IMG/VR virus record: IMGVR_UViG_2061766007_000378
Strand: one strand, 5' to 3'
Length of the DNA stretch: 64,000 bases
Origin: an uncultured virus (IMG/VR IMGVR_UViG_2061766007_000378)
Lineage: Duplodnaviria; Heunggongvirae; Uroviricota; Caudoviricetes
Positions 37,121-49,518 of the stretch are shown here, in pieces (position 1 is the stretch's first letter; each line of letters begins with the position of its first letter). The notes beneath the pieces are model-generated. The model saw nothing but the letters and a program-made list of their open reading frames with translations, was not told where the DNA came from and made no database searches. The position numbers and the translations under genes were made by a program.

Positions 37121-37948
37121 TTATACGTTAAAGAGTTTAAAGACAAATCTTAAAATCGCATTAAAGATCGTCGCAAAGAATTTGCCGATCCTTGTGTTAT
37201 ACGGTTTCTTTATAGGGGTATTTGACTTGTCATCGGCAATTCCCCATGCTTCACGAATGGGAGCATCATACGGGAGAATTGCATTTCCGCCTTTCCCCCA
37301 CAATAAGCCCCAAGAGTTACGAATGAGCCAACCGTTTTCGTCCCATCCGTAAATGATCATACAGTGACCACCGCCTTTATTGGAAAGCGAATAGGTTGAT
37401 TCAAGGATCCCATCCTTGTTGACTTTGAAATCAGAATACCAAGCAATCGCAAAGACAACGGGGCCGTCGTTCATAAGTGCCGTCTTGATCTCTTCTTCGG
37501 TCGTTACTCGATAATATTTTTCGAATCTGCTCTTGCTTCCCTCTTCAAAATATTTATCAGCAATTTCTTCAAAAAGATCGATAGCTTTCGGAACTTCAAC
37601 ATTAACGGGAAATTCGATTCTTGCAATATCTCCGTACTTGCAGGCCATTTTAAGAGCGTCACGGACGATCATACCCTTTCCCTTATTAACGGATTCTCTG
37701 CGGTTTCCGTAAATATATCCCGTACTCATGGCATCATTAACACCAGCAAGGGCATTATGGTACTCAATTGTTTCAGCAAGCGCATGAGCCACGCAAGAAC
37801 ACACTGATCCTTGATTCTTGACTTCACAGATATTCAGTTTGAAAGTGTCAGGGAAAAGTTTTTCAACGGAAGCAATACGATAATCTCGTAAGTCTTTCTC
37901 TGAAAATACAGCCCCGAGAGAACTGTTAAGCGGAAATGTGTCTTTCAT
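37121..37948 (-). CDS. Papain-family (C1) cysteine peptidase
   Basis: VKNQGSVCSCVAHA, GGHCMIIYGW, WLIRNSWG catalytic motifs. Confidence 0.9.
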   Translation of the reverse strand: MKDTFPLNSSLGAVFSEKDLRDYRIASVEKLFPDTFKLNICEVKNQGSVCSCVAHALAETIEYHNALAGVNDAMSTGYIYGNRRESVNKGKGMIVRDALKMACKYGDIARIEFPVNVEVPKAIDLFEEIADKYFEEGSKSRFEKYYRVTTEEEIKTALMNDGPVVFAIAWYSDFKVNKDGILESTYSLSNKGGGHCMIIYGWDENGWLIRNSWGLLWGKGGNAILPYDAPIREAWGIADDKSNTPIKKPYNTRIGKFFATIFNAILRFVFKLFNV

Positions 37949-38702
37949 TGATTGATCCTCGTTTGTATTTTTCTTTACAGTTTTCATTGTATTTAATTAT
38001 AGATTCAATTAGCGGTGCATCTTTTGACAACGCTTGTAAATCTTTATCAAAACAATGACTTTTCCAATAAGGATGATCTTCATATACAAAAGTATGATAC
38101 GGACTTATTCTAGGATCCATTAAGAGTAATTCTCTAACTTCAGAATAGTTTACTCCAAATTTTTTAGATAGTTCCCAAAACTGAACAGATAGAGAAACCT
38201 TTGCAGCCAAAAAAACATTCTCCATATACTTGGAAAGTTCTGCTGTAGTAGAATCTGTAAAACAAAACTTATGGCTGCCATTATAAACAGATTGAAGTAA
38301 TTGTGCTACAGATTCTGTATCCTTTTTATCTCCGCCAAGAATTGTAAAATTGAAGTCTATAGTTTTATTATCGCTATGCTGAGTAACCCCGTAAAACTCC
38401 GGAGAAAACACGATTCGTTTGTTAAACTCTTTAATCAGGGATTCTGTAGTTCCAGGGAATACCGTAGATCGAAGAATTATTATCCCGCAATTAGTTTCAG
38501 ATATTGCCGATCTGACCTGCGTTAGATCACAACTTCCATCAGGCAAAGAAGGAGTATCAACTGCAACAAATGCAAAGTCATAATAATCGGTTTTATTATT
38601 GTATCCTTTATAAGGGTCATAAATATCGGGAGATAAAACTTTATATTCTTCATAAAGTTTCTTCCCTATATTTCCGTAACCAACTATTAAAACTTTACTC
38701 AT
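37926..38702 (-). CDS. UDP-glucose/GDP-mannose dehydrogenase family protein (short form)
   Basis: IVGYGNIG, VAVDTP, RSTVFPGTT, SPEF, AELSKYMEN, HCFDKD. Confidence 0.85.
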   Translation of the reverse strand: MSKVLIVGYGNIGKKLYEEYKVLSPDIYDPYKGYNNKTDYYDFAFVAVDTPSLPDGSCDLTQVRSAISETNCGIIILRSTVFPGTTESLIKEFNKRIVFSPEFYGVTQHSDNKTIDFNFTILGGDKKDTESVAQLLQSVYNGSHKFCFTDSTTAELSKYMENVFLAAKVSLSVQFWELSKKFGVNYSEVRELLLMDPRISPYHTFVYEDHPYWKSHCFDKDLQALSKDAPLIESIIKYNENCKEKYKRGSINERHISA

Positions 38703-39336
38703 AGTACCACTTCTCGAGTTCCTTAAAATGCTCTTTCATTAATTTAATTAACGCATAATATTCTTTGTTCGTTAAACGATCATAAGTAACGTTAAGGCTA
38801 TTTAAATAATCAATGAAAAAGGGACTCCTTCGGCTGTGTGTCGTTTTATTAAATAAGCTTGTATCCATATCAAGGTGTTGGACTAAACATGGCCTATAAT
38901 CAAGAACTTTAAGATTCAATTCTTTAACTGCTCTTGTTTCAAGTATAGAATAGACACCGTGTGATTTATCAAAATCTTGCGGATACTGTTCCATTTTTTC
39001 AGCAAGTTTTAATCCAACACCTTTTGGATAGTATGTACATTGATTCCAACGAATAGATTGTCTATACCCAACTTTAATGTAAATCCCTGCGTCACTAAAG
39101 AAATTAATAATGTCATTGTTATATTTTTCTATAACCGCACACACTTCTTTTTCAAAGTTGTTGCACAAAACTAAATCATCTTCAAGGAGAACAAAAGGTT
39201 CTCCACCCGAATATTTTAAGGAATCAATAAAATGATTAATCGGGTCTTTTTTATAATCAGTTAATAATTGATAATTAATCTGATTATATGATTCATGGAG
39301 TTTTCTATTTGGTATATTTCTTACCAAAAACAGCAT
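38695..39336 (-). CDS. GT-A glycosyltransferase (GT25-like)
   Basis: VLLEDDLVL and PCLVQH motifs. Confidence 0.65.
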   Translation of the reverse strand: MLFLVRNIPNRKLHESYNQINYQLLTDYKKDPINHFIDSLKYSGGEPFVLLEDDLVLCNNFEKEVCAVIEKYNNDIINFFSDAGIYIKVGYRQSIRWNQCTYYPKGVGLKLAEKMEQYPQDFDKSHGVYSILETRAVKELNLKVLDYRPCLVQHLDMDTSLFNKTTHSRRSPFFIDYLNSLNVTYDRLTNKEYYALIKLMKEHFKELEKWYYE

Positions 39337-40193
39337 TATGCATACTCACTAAATGTGAATGGAAGTTCTGGAATATTTTCAGTGACTTTAATATATCCTG
39401 TCTCGGCTTCAGAGCCATCTGTGCATCTATAGAGTATGCAATTATAGAATGGTCCCGGATAAGCTATGGGAGAATCACCACCACTGGGGAATTCGTGTAG
39501 CAAAAAACCAATGGTATTACTAAAATACATATTCCCTGTTGTATCAAACTTAACATCAAGTAACGCCCCGCCAAAATGGTTGTCATTAGAGTCACTCAAG
39601 TAATTTGTACAAGTTGGATAAAATGCTATTTCAAAATACTTATCCTCAGATGTTGTGTCATACCCATGTTCTTGGGCAAAAGTTTCGCACCAAGAAATAA
39701 AAGTGTCGTCGCTAGTATTAAAACCAATGATACAGGATGGCATGGTAGCAATGACATCATCAATATCGACTAAATCCATCAAGGTAATATGTGTTGCTGC
39801 TCCGCTTCCACCAGAAGGAATCTTATACTTGGTCTCACCAACCTGAAGTCCGGTAAGATCTGCTTCTGTTCCAGCAAGCACCGGGTTAGCAACAACAGTA
39901 GTTCCAGCATCGACTTTATACTTTGTTTCACCGACCTGGAGCCCAGTGAGACCAGCTTCTGTTCCGGCAAGAGTAGGATTAGCAACAACAGTGGTTCCGC
40001 TGTTGTCATCTACGAATTTAACACCGCCTTGCCCATTTGCAGCCATAAGCTTTCCATCGGCAGTATTCCCAGTATCAATCTTATTCGATGCAACGGGAGC
40101 ATTTACGGCGCCATTACCATTCAGTCTTGCAAATCCATCATCATTATTGGAGGCGTCGTTTTCAAAGAATCTCTTGAGGTCTGAGTTTTTCAT
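39336..40193 (-). CDS. Virion fibre-like protein with tandem 31-aa repeats
   Basis: GTTVVANPxLAGTEAxLTGLQVGETKYK twice. Confidence 0.65.
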   Translation of the reverse strand: MKNSDLKRFFENDASNNDDGFARLNGNGAVNAPVASNKIDTGNTADGKLMAANGQGGVKFVDDNSGTTVVANPTLAGTEAGLTGLQVGETKYKVDAGTTVVANPVLAGTEADLTGLQVGETKYKIPSGGSGAATHITLMDLVDIDDVIATMPSCIIGFNTSDDTFISWCETFAQEHGYDTTSEDKYFEIAFYPTCTNYLSDSNDNHFGGALLDVKFDTTGNMYFSNTIGFLLHEFPSGGDSPIAYPGPFYNCILYRCTDGSEAETGYIKVTENIPELPFTFSEYA

Positions 40194-40251
40194 TTCATTA
40201 ATCTCCTTAAAGTTTTAGTTTACTCTGCCCGCATTAACGAGCAGAGATTAT

Positions 40252-43200
40252 TTAACATTTTTTCCATCCGTCAGCCGTATAGATGACCGCAACGCAACGT
40301 TTCCATCCGTCAGCAGTATAGATATACGGAGTAACGGTTTTCCACTGGCCATCGACATAAATCTTTGTGTTCGAAACATTCAGAGTTGTCAATGATACAG
40401 TTCCTGAGGCACCGTTGTAGTTGCTCGTTCCTGCAACGGAAATCGTCAACGTACAAGATCCTCCCCAATAAGCACAAGTAAGAACGCCCGAAGAATTAAT
40501 CGTTGCTACGGAACTATCACTGCTTGCATATGCAATCGTGCCGAAGTTAGCACTTGCAGAGAAAGTAACCGAGCTGTTCGAATTCCTCGTATAAGAAGTG
40601 GTGTTCCCGCTTGTTCCTGTCCACGATACGCTTACAGGGCTTGTAATGGTAATTGTAACGTTCGCCTTATTGATCGTTACCGTTCCCTTATAAGTCGCTG
40701 CAAGGCTGTTACAATTCGTCGTATCGACGGCATCGACTTTGTACCAAATGTAATAAGTTCCCGTATTTGTACGTTTAATGGGATTATCTGTTACCCATCC
40801 AGACGAAGGAGCAGTCGTTCCGTTCGTTCCAAGAGCGAACTTCAAAGTTCCTTTGCCTGTCGTACTTCCGGGATTTACAACAGTACCTGAAGCGAGATTT
40901 CTCTCACTACCATTATACGTCATAGTTGACGAAAGTGTAACCGTTGCGGACAAATTAAACTTATTAATTGTTAAAGTCGTCGTTGGATCTGAAGGAAGCT
41001 TATAGTTACTATTACTCAATGTCGTAACAGTAACTGTCTGCGATCCTGCGTTCGTCCGTTTATTACCTGTTATGCCTGTTACCGTACAGGTATCACCTGT
41101 GATGATCGAACTTGAGGCAACAGAACATGTGACAGTCTTTTCGGTTCCATCATACGTCCAAGTGTGTGTTCCCCAAGAAAGCGTGACCGTCTTCTGTGTA
41201 ATCGAAATTGTGTTCGAGGCACTCGAAGGCAACTTATAGTTACTATTACTTAGAGCGGTGGCCGTAACGGTAGACGATCCAACATTTGGGCCAACGGAAT
41301 TACCAGTGTAAGTCGTAACAGTACAGGTGTCGCCTGACATAACGTTCGTACAAGTTGCTGATGTGGAGTGCGTACTCTTATCGTAAACCCAAGTGAGCGT
41401 TCCCCAAATAAGGGATACTTCCCGCTGATTGATGGTAAGTGTCGCAGTCGTTCCGCTTGAAGGCAGCTTGTAGTTAGAATTACTAAGACCAGTCGCCGTT
41501 ACAGTCTGAGAACCAGCATTTGTACGCTTGTTATTAGAAAGCGTAACCGTACAAGTATCTCCCGTAATAAGAGATCCTGCTGTACAAGTAACCGTCTTTT
41601 CTGACTTATCGTAAGTCCAAGTATGCGTCCCCCAAGAAAGTGTCACTGCTTTTTGAGTAATGCTAATCGTTGTACTNNNNNNNNNNACCCGTGTAAGTCG
41701 TAATGGTACAAGTGTCGCCAGACATGACATTCGTACAAGTCGCTGATGTAGAGTGTGTACTCTTATCGTAAACCCAAGTGAGCGTTCCCCAAACAAGGGA
41801 TACTTCCCGCTGGTTGATGGTAAGAGTCGTGNNNNNNNNNNNNNNNNNNNNNNNNNNNNNNNNNNNNNNNNNNNNNNNNNNNNNNNNNNNNNNNNNNNNN
41901 NNNNNNNNNNNNNNNNNNNNNNNNNNNNNNNNNNNNNNNNNNNNNNNNNNNNNNNNNNNNNNNNNNNNNNNNNNNNNNNNNNNNNNNGGTATGAGTCCCC
42001 CAAGAAAGTGTCACTGCTTTTTGAGTAATGCTAATCGTTGTACTAGCACTTGAAGGAAGAGCATAGTTGCTATTGCTTAAAGCCGTCGCTGTGACCGTAG
42101 AGGAGCCTATGTTCTTTCCTACGCTATTTCCGCTTAATGTGACAGTACATGTATCTCCACTAACAAGATTGCTTACAGAGCAAGTTGTGGAGTGCGTAGA
42201 GCCATCATACGTCCATGAGGTTGTTCCCCATGAAAGCGTGGCGGTCTTAGCCGTAATCCTTAACGTGTTAGTCTTTGCAGAAGGAAGCTTGTAGTTTCCA
42301 TTACTCAAAGACGAAGCGGTAACGGTTGCCGTTCCAACATTCTTTCCTACGGAGTTTCCTGTAAGAGTTACAGTACAAACATCACCCGAAACAAGGTTGC
42401 CGGGATTACAAGTCGTGCTATGAGTATTGCCGTCGTAAGTCCAGCTAAGTGTTCCCCAAGACAGAGTAACTTCTCGCTGATTGATCGTAAGAGTCTTTGT
42501 CGTACTCGTAGGAAGCACATAATTACTGTTACTCAGCGAACTTGCAGTTACCGTTGCTGTTCCAACATTGGCGCCAACTGAATTCCCTGTAAGTGTGACC
42601 GTACATGTATCGGATCCAACAAGGTTTCCTGCAGTACAGGTCGTGCTGTGTGTTGCTCCGTCATAAGTCCATGTAACAGTTCCCCAAGAAAGGGTTACTT
42701 CACGGCGAATACAGAAAACCGGTCTCGTTTTTGTTGCAATCGAGCAAGTTGTAGTTCTAGCAGCCGTAGCGGTAATCGTATCTGTAGAAGTCCCAGAATA
42801 AGCCGTACCAGTAATAGTTGATCCACTTATAGAAGTATAATTTCCAGTTGTAGCATACGACAAAGATCCTGTCGTTCCGTGAGAAGCCGTTACAGTAGCC
42901 GCAACAGAAAGGGTTGAACCATAAGTTACACCTTCAGTAGTATTATTGAAGGAAATCGTCTGAGCGTTTTTCTTTACGGTAATCGTAAAGTCTTTCGCAA
43001 CTTGATAATGGTTCGTATCGCCGGGATCCGTAATCGTACAAATAACACTCTGATTCGTATCATTTGCAGATGACATCGCACCGCAAGTAACGACCGCTCC
43101 GCTGATTGTCGAAGCCGTTGTCGTTCCATTCGTTTTTATTGCATAAGTGCAAGTGCCTGTATGTGCAGAAACATACGAGGAAAGCGTTACTGTTTGTGTA

Positions 43201-46200
43201 GTAAACTGAGCAACAGATGTTGAACTTAATGTCAGAGCCGCTGCGATCTGTGAAATAGAAATCGTTGTTGTTTTTGTTGACGGGAGTTTATAGTTAGAAT
43301 TGCTTAGTGCGGTTGCAGTAACAGTTGCCGATCCAACGTTTGGGCCGACAGAGTTTCCGCTCAAAGTAACCGAACATGTATCTCCGCTAATGACATTACC
43401 TGCCGTACAGGTTGTGCTATGGCTACTCCCATCATAAGGCCAGGAAGTCGTTCCCCAATTTAAAGTAACCTCTTTTGCAGTTACATAAAGAGTAGTAGAT
43501 AAGCCAGATGAAGGAAGTTTATAGTTAGCATTAGTAACATCAGTTGCTGTTACCGTTGCCGATCCTACAGCAGCTCCAACAGAGTTGCCGCTTAATGTAA
43601 CAGTACAAGTATCTCCTGAAATGACATTTCCTGCAGTACAAGTCGTTGAATGTGTACTCTTGTCATAAACCCAAGATGTTGTACCCCATGTAAGAGTAAC
43701 TTCTCTTTGACTAATCGTCAAAGTTGTCGTAGTTCCTGATGGAAGTTTATAGTTTCCATTAGACAATCCTGTCGCAGTAACAGTCTGTGAGCCTACATTT
43801 GTTCTCGTATTATTCGAAAGAGTTACCGTACATGTATCGCCGTTTATAAGTGATCCGGCAGTACAGGTTACAGTTTTCTCCGTCTTATCATAAGTCCAAG
43901 AATGAGTACCCCAGCTAAGCGTAACCTCTTTCTGTGTAATACTAATTGTTTTAGTATTTGAAGAAGGTAACACATAGTTGCTATTACTAAGCGAGCTAGC
44001 TGTAACAGTAGCAGAGCCAACATTCTTTCCTACAGAGTTTCCTGTAAGTGTTGCAGTACAAGTATCTCCCTGTATTAAAGAGCCAACAGTACAAGTTGTA
44101 GAATGCGTAGCACCATCATAAACCCAAGTTACCGTTCCCCAAGTCAGGGATACTGTTTTCTGCTGAATGTACGAGCTTGTTCCGATATATGTGGCCGCTT
44201 TATCATTATGGTTAGCATCTCCAACAATCTTCCACCAAACATAACGTGTTGTTCCGCATGTTTTCAGTGTAGGCCTGCTTGTACTCCAAGAACCTCCTGT
44301 GGCGGAAGTAGATGATGTACTTGCATAATACTGAGCCGTACCACCTACGACATTTGTTGCCGATGAGCAGATATACTGATCTGTGCCGTTATAAACGGGT
44401 CTTACATAAGTCGGAGCAGTTCCCGAAGAATTCGCTTTGTTAATGGTGATTGCACCATCTTGATAAACAAAGTCATAGTTATCAGCCACGCCACCATCTG
44501 CAGTTGTTGGAACGGGGCTTGAAGAAACGGGAGTGCTTGATGTGTACGTTGTGCTTGCTATCGGAGCCGTTGTCAGATTCGAAGCACTTTCACCCGTAAC
44601 AAAACCTGAGTAAGAAACAGAAAGTGTCGGCTTCGCATCACCATAAGTGACTGTATGACTGCTTGCCGTAACGGTTAAGAATTTCTTTGCAATATAAGAT
44701 ACAGAGCCAACATAAGCAGGATCTTTATCCGTATGATTGCTATCGCCCGTTATCTTCCACCAAACATATCTGTTAATCCCACAGCTCGTAAGCGTAGGCC
44801 TTGTCGTAGACCATGAGCCGCCCGTTGCAGAAGAAGACGATGTGCTTGCATAGTAAGAAATCGTACCGCCCGTGCAAGATCCAGTCGTACAAATGTACTG
44901 TGCTGAACCGCTGTAAGTTGGGGTAGCATTTGTGGGAGCTGTGTAAGTCGGAGCAACTTTTGTTACATCAAAACTATAACTAGTTGATCCATTAAGGTAA
45001 TTTGTAGTAGCTGCAACATATACATATACTGCTGTCGATCCTACTTTAACACCCGTAATGGTATTGTCAGCATTTAAGGTGGCAATCGTTGTATCGTCAA
45101 TATCAAAACTAATTGTACCGCCCGAATCTGCGCTTGCCTGAAGTGCGTTAGTTGTAGTCTGTCCGTATCCTACACTCGTTGGTTTCTTTATCCAAGTAAT
45201 TGTCGGAGCCTTTTTGTTAATAGTAATTGAACCATTAACATAAGTGACAGAATAGTTTGTGGGAGTAGATCCTGCGGTAACGGTAACGGCTACAGGGCTT
45301 GAAGAAACGCTTGTAGTTGACGTGTAAGTTGTGCTTGCAGTAGGAAGTGTGCTGAACACTCCAGCTGCCGTATCTGAACCCTTGAAACCGGAATAACTTA
45401 CACTAACAGTCGGCGTTGCATCTCCATAAGTTACTGTATGTGAACTACCTGTAACAGTAAGTGCTGCCTTACCGATCGCTTTAGAACCGAGATAATGGTT
45501 ACTTGTATCGACAGTATAGTTTGTGCTATCATTCAGAACTGCCTTATACCAAACATAGTAAGTTCCCGCATTAACGGCTGTAATAGCATCAGAGGAATGC
45601 CATGTAGTAGGAGCGGAAGATCCTGAAGAACCAAGACCGATCTTAAATGTAGCACCCGTCGTGTCTGAAACAGAACCGTTACTTGCAAGCGTTTTGTCTG
45701 TTGCAGTATAAATCAGCGTTGCTGTATTGATCGTAGGAGCTGTGATCGTAATCGACTTCTGATTGATCGTTACGGAGCCTTTATATGTGGCAGATTTAGA
45801 CAGACAGTTTGTAGAATCAGCCGTATCTACCTTGTACCAAACATAATAAGTTCCTGCATTCGTACCCGTTGGAATGCTCGTAGACCACCCGCTTGTTGGA
45901 GCGGTTGTCCCATTTGATCCAAGCGCATAATACAGGGTTCCCTTACCAGTTGTGCTTCCAGGATTTATAACAGATCCAGAAGAAACGAGATTTCTTGCGC
46001 TCGTGTTATACGTCATTGTAGACGCAAGTGTAATGGAAGCATCGAGCTGATACTGAGAAATGACCGTATTAAATGTAACGTGGTCGGAATCTTGATGGCT
46101 GCTGTCACCGACGATATAAGCCTCAATATTATATGTGCCAGCATCACGTGCCGTTGGTATATCTTCAGAATATACACCCCAAGTTCCGCCAGAATGTCTT

Positions 46201-47405
46201 GACCTATACTTTACAGTACCTTGAGACGTTGTGCCTTCTGTAGAAATCTCTTTATAGTTACCATTATAAGTAGAGTTATTAGAAGTAGGCTGAGTCGTCC
46301 ATGTAGCTTTTGATTTACCTGTAATCGTTACAGTTACATAGCCGATATATCCACTCGATCCGTTACTCGTTGAAACATGGACGTAGTAAGTCGTGTCAGA
46401 TGAGCTTGAACCAGTACCAGTCGCAGATGCATAACCAGAAGAATACCCAGATGTAGGCATACTCGAAGTCGTCGTTACTTTATAATAAAATGTCTGCGAA
46501 CTTGAATATGTGGCGTCGGAGCTTAATAATTGCTGAGCGGAACCCGTATAAACAAGACCAGTTCTAGTTGTGGGTTTCCCGTAGAAATATCCATAGCCAT
46601 TTCTAGAACGAGAATTATAAGTAGTATTTGAAGCCGTACTTACTGTTACAGTTCCTAGTCCAGCAGAGTTTTTAGACAAGTAAACATAAGCACCACTACG
46701 GCTATAACTATCAAGGCTAGATCCCGAAATAGACCATGTGAGCGATGAATATGTTGAATAAGACGAAATGGTGATGGTTTTTGTTTCACCAGTCCACCCA
46801 CGAACAGTTGACGGGCTTAACGTCCATGTCGGGGTATTTTTACTAACTGTAATCGTACAAGTTTGTGTACGGGAGTTATAACTACTATTACCAGCAGCTG
46901 TTACAGTTAATGTAGCAGAACCTGAGGAAACCCCCGTGATTGTACCCGAACTATTAACGGTAAACTTCGATGTGGACGAAGATGAATAAGTTAGAGTTCC
47001 ATAAGTAGCTCCATTTATTAATCCTGATCCACCCAAAGTTGATCCTACATAAACTGTACCATTACTAAGCGTCCAAGTCTGATCGGACTTGCCTCCCGAT
47101 ACTGTAATCGACTTTGTTGCGTACGTTACATTCGACCAGGTCGTACCGTTTGTAGAACCCTGAATATAGACGTACAGAGTTTCTGAACCAGCTGCAGAAC
47201 CTGTTACGCTAAAAGTCGTTGTAAAATCATCTTTAGAAGAATATCCAGTTCTATAAGTCGGGCTAACAGATGCTTTGGAGTTAGCGGTTCTCGCATAAAG
47301 TCTATAAGAGTTATACCCAGACCCAAACTCACCTGTGGCAGTTATTGTTATCGAACTGCCAACATTTACCGACGAAGAACCCGATAATGAAATGGAATCA
47401 GCCAT
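40252..47405 (-). CDS. Giant Ser/Thr-rich Ig-like/MBG-repeat virion adhesin (~2300 aa, broken by gaps at 41677 and 41832)
   Basis: Ig group 2-like modules (YSSSSTSKFTVNSSGTITGV), MBG-like VTYGDAxPTxSVSYSGF, about ten ~77-aa VTLSWGT..WTYD..TCT..GDTC..SNY.LP repeats. Confidence 0.85.
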
Positions 47406-47433
47406 TTTCTGTACCTTTCTTTTATAACAAATC

Positions 47434-47460
47434 GGGGATTAATTTATTCAATTAATCCCC
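47434..47460. terminator. Intergenic hairpin
   Basis: ggggattaatt-tattc-aattaatcccc. Confidence 0.55.
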
Positions 47461-47468
47461 TCTTTATT

Positions 47469-47714
47469 TTATTGAATTACGAACACGATCTGCCCGACCG
47501 TTCCCGCAGAAGTAGGGACGCTTGTGGCGTATGTCACTCCACTTGTCGCAACCATCTTGTCAAGAGTGATTGGGCCAGTCATTGTACCGCCAGCTTTCGG
47601 AAGTGCCGCGTCTGCGGTTGATTGGGCTGTGCTTGCAGCGCTTCTAGCCGTTGCATCCTTGATGTTTCGGGCAGAAGATTCGCCCGGAACTTTTATTTTA
47701 CTAATGTCTGCCAT
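47469..47714 (-). CDS. Small fibre-associated protein
   Basis: MADISKIK...IKDATAR, ALPKAGGTMTG fibre motif. Confidence 0.7.
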   Translation of the reverse strand: MADISKIKVPGESSARNIKDATARSAASTAQSTADAALPKAGGTMTGPITLDKMVATSGVTYATSVPTSAGTVGQIVFVIQ

Positions 47715-47726
47715 AATGGTACCTCA

Positions 47727-49124
47727 TTACGAACTGTATGTACATTCGGTCTTAGTGTAACTAATTGTAGTTGTATCAGTAGAAGTAAACGTGAAGGAAC
47801 CAACAGAAGCAGAAGAATTCACGGAACTTACATATCCAATTCGTCCGGTTGCAGTAGCATCTTCAGATGTAAGCGTTGCTGCATTAAATGTTACAGTAGC
47901 CGTATTAAGTCCAATGGTAGTATATGCAGCAGTCTTATCGAAATCAAGACCTGTGTATGCGTCATTAGTATTAAAGTCAATCTCCTTATAAACAGAAGCA
48001 GTGGTAGGAGTTGGATAACCCTTTACATACGGACCACCTGCAGACCAAGTGGCCGATGCAATGAAAGCTGTTCCACTTGTACTCGTTGTATCTGCGCCAG
48101 TAAATGGACTATAAGAAGTTGTACTAAGAGAATTCAATTTATTTGAGTCAAGATAACCAATAACTAGTGTCTCATCATTTACAGTTGCTGAACCAATTAC
48201 ATCTGTATTTGCCATTGAATCTGTAAAAGTTTTGAAGTTTTTACTTGTATTAAAAGCATAAAGAGTGCTAGTTGTGAGATATTTTGTTGTCGGTGTCCAA
48301 GAGGGAGCGCCTGTATTCGGGGTTCCAAGAGCAGTAATAGCGTCGACCTTTTCTGTAGTAGAACCAGAACCAGCGGCTTTAATACTCTTAACAAATGTAT
48401 CCGTAGTTGTTTGGGAACCAGAGCCAGTCTTTAAACCAGTAACAAAGTTAGTAGTTGTAGAACCAGAGCCAACGGCTTTTAAACCAGTAACAAAAGTTGT
48501 TGTTCCACTAAGAGAACCACCACTAAAAGCAAGATATTTTGTCGTAGGACTAACGGTCGCGGTTGCACCAGAAGGCCTATCGTAAGTTACTTTTGTTGTT
48601 TTATCATAATAAACATGAGAAAGATATGCAAGAGCGCCAAAAGTACCTGTAGAACTACCAAATTCTTCCCATTTTGTTCCATCAAAAAGGAATTCCTGTG
48701 CAACTCCGCCGCTTGCCTGATAAATTACCAAGTCTCCATTTTTAGCGCTATAGCTATTTCCATTTATAATAATGGGGTTTGTTGTAGCACCATCACTAAG
48801 TGGAGTTGTAGTAAATCCAACATATCTAATCGGGCGACCAATGGCACCGGCAATATCTTCCCATAAATCGCCAAAATTTTTACCAATTGTAATACTTTTA
48901 ATTACACCGTCACTTAACAGAGTTGCCGCACTTTTTGTGTTACTTGCAGCAATTGCGCTAAGAACAACATAAAGTACATCACCTGACCAAAACATATCAT
49001 ATTTACGATATGCGGTAGATGTTGCAAATATAGGAGCTGTTACATTGTTTACACCTCTAAAGATTGGGTCTTTAATCGTATAAGTATTCGAGTTTGGTAA
49101 TGTAATTTGACTTATATTAGCCAT
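47727..49124 (-). CDS. Thr/Gly-rich fibre protein
   Basis: MANISQITLP...IKD N-terminus like 47469; FVTGLK repeats. Confidence 0.7.
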   Translation of the reverse strand: MANISQITLPNSNTYTIKDPIFRGVNNVTAPIFATSTAYRKYDMFWSGDVLYVVLSAIAASNTKSAATLLSDGVIKSITIGKNFGDLWEDIAGAIGRPIRYVGFTTTPLSDGATTNPIIINGNSYSAKNGDLVIYQASGGVAQEFLFDGTKWEEFGSSTGTFGALAYLSHVYYDKTTKVTYDRPSGATATVSPTTKYLAFSGGSLSGTTTFVTGLKAVGSGSTTTNFVTGLKTGSGSQTTTDTFVKSIKAAGSGSTTEKVDAITALGTPNTGAPSWTPTTKYLTTSTLYAFNTSKNFKTFTDSMANTDVIGSATVNDETLVIGYLDSNKLNSLSTTSYSPFTGADTTSTSGTAFIASATWSAGGPYVKGYPTPTTASVYKEIDFNTNDAYTGLDFDKTAAYTTIGLNTATVTFNAATLTSEDATATGRIGYVSSVNSSASVGSFTFTSTDTTTISYTKTECTYSS

Positions 49125-49137
49125 ACTATTAATCTCC

Positions 49138-49518
49138 TTAATTTCTATTTAAAGTCAAAATTTCTTCTGATACAGTAGAAGAATCATAATTTAATTTGTT
49201 ATTCCAGAATTCTTTTTCTTGTAGAGTAACATGGATATCAGTGTTATTTATGTGGTCAATAATTAATTGTGCATCAATATCACTAACAAATGGTAAATCG
49301 TATAATGTTGTTTGCCCGTCTCCGATTTTAATCCCAGGCACATATTGTCTTATAATTTGTCCCGTATCTGGATTAACGGTTTCTTTAATGTTTTTATCTT
49401 TATAAATAATTATTTCACCATCAAATGGAATAAATTCTGGTTCAATAATCCTCCATCTCGCAACCGTATCAGTTGTACTTCGAATTCTTGAATTAAAAAT
49501 TTTTGTAATATCTGCCAT
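49138..49518 (-). CDS. Fibre/baseplate-associated protein
   Basis: FIPFDGEIIIY...IKIGDG...LPF and HINNTDIHVT..EK..WN motifs. Confidence 0.65.
   Translation of the reverse strand: MADITKIFNSRIRSTTDTVARWRIIEPEFIPFDGEIIIYKDKNIKETVNPDTGQIIRQYVPGIKIGDGQTTLYDLPFVSDIDAQLIIDHINNTDIHVTLQEKEFWNNKLNYDSSTVSEEILTLNRN

Noticed and set aside
41687..41831. Degenerate repeat suggesting a diversity-generating retroelement template
   Set aside because: Short gap-bounded noisy copy of 41306-41440 with indels rather than A-specific changes; no reverse transcriptase in the window
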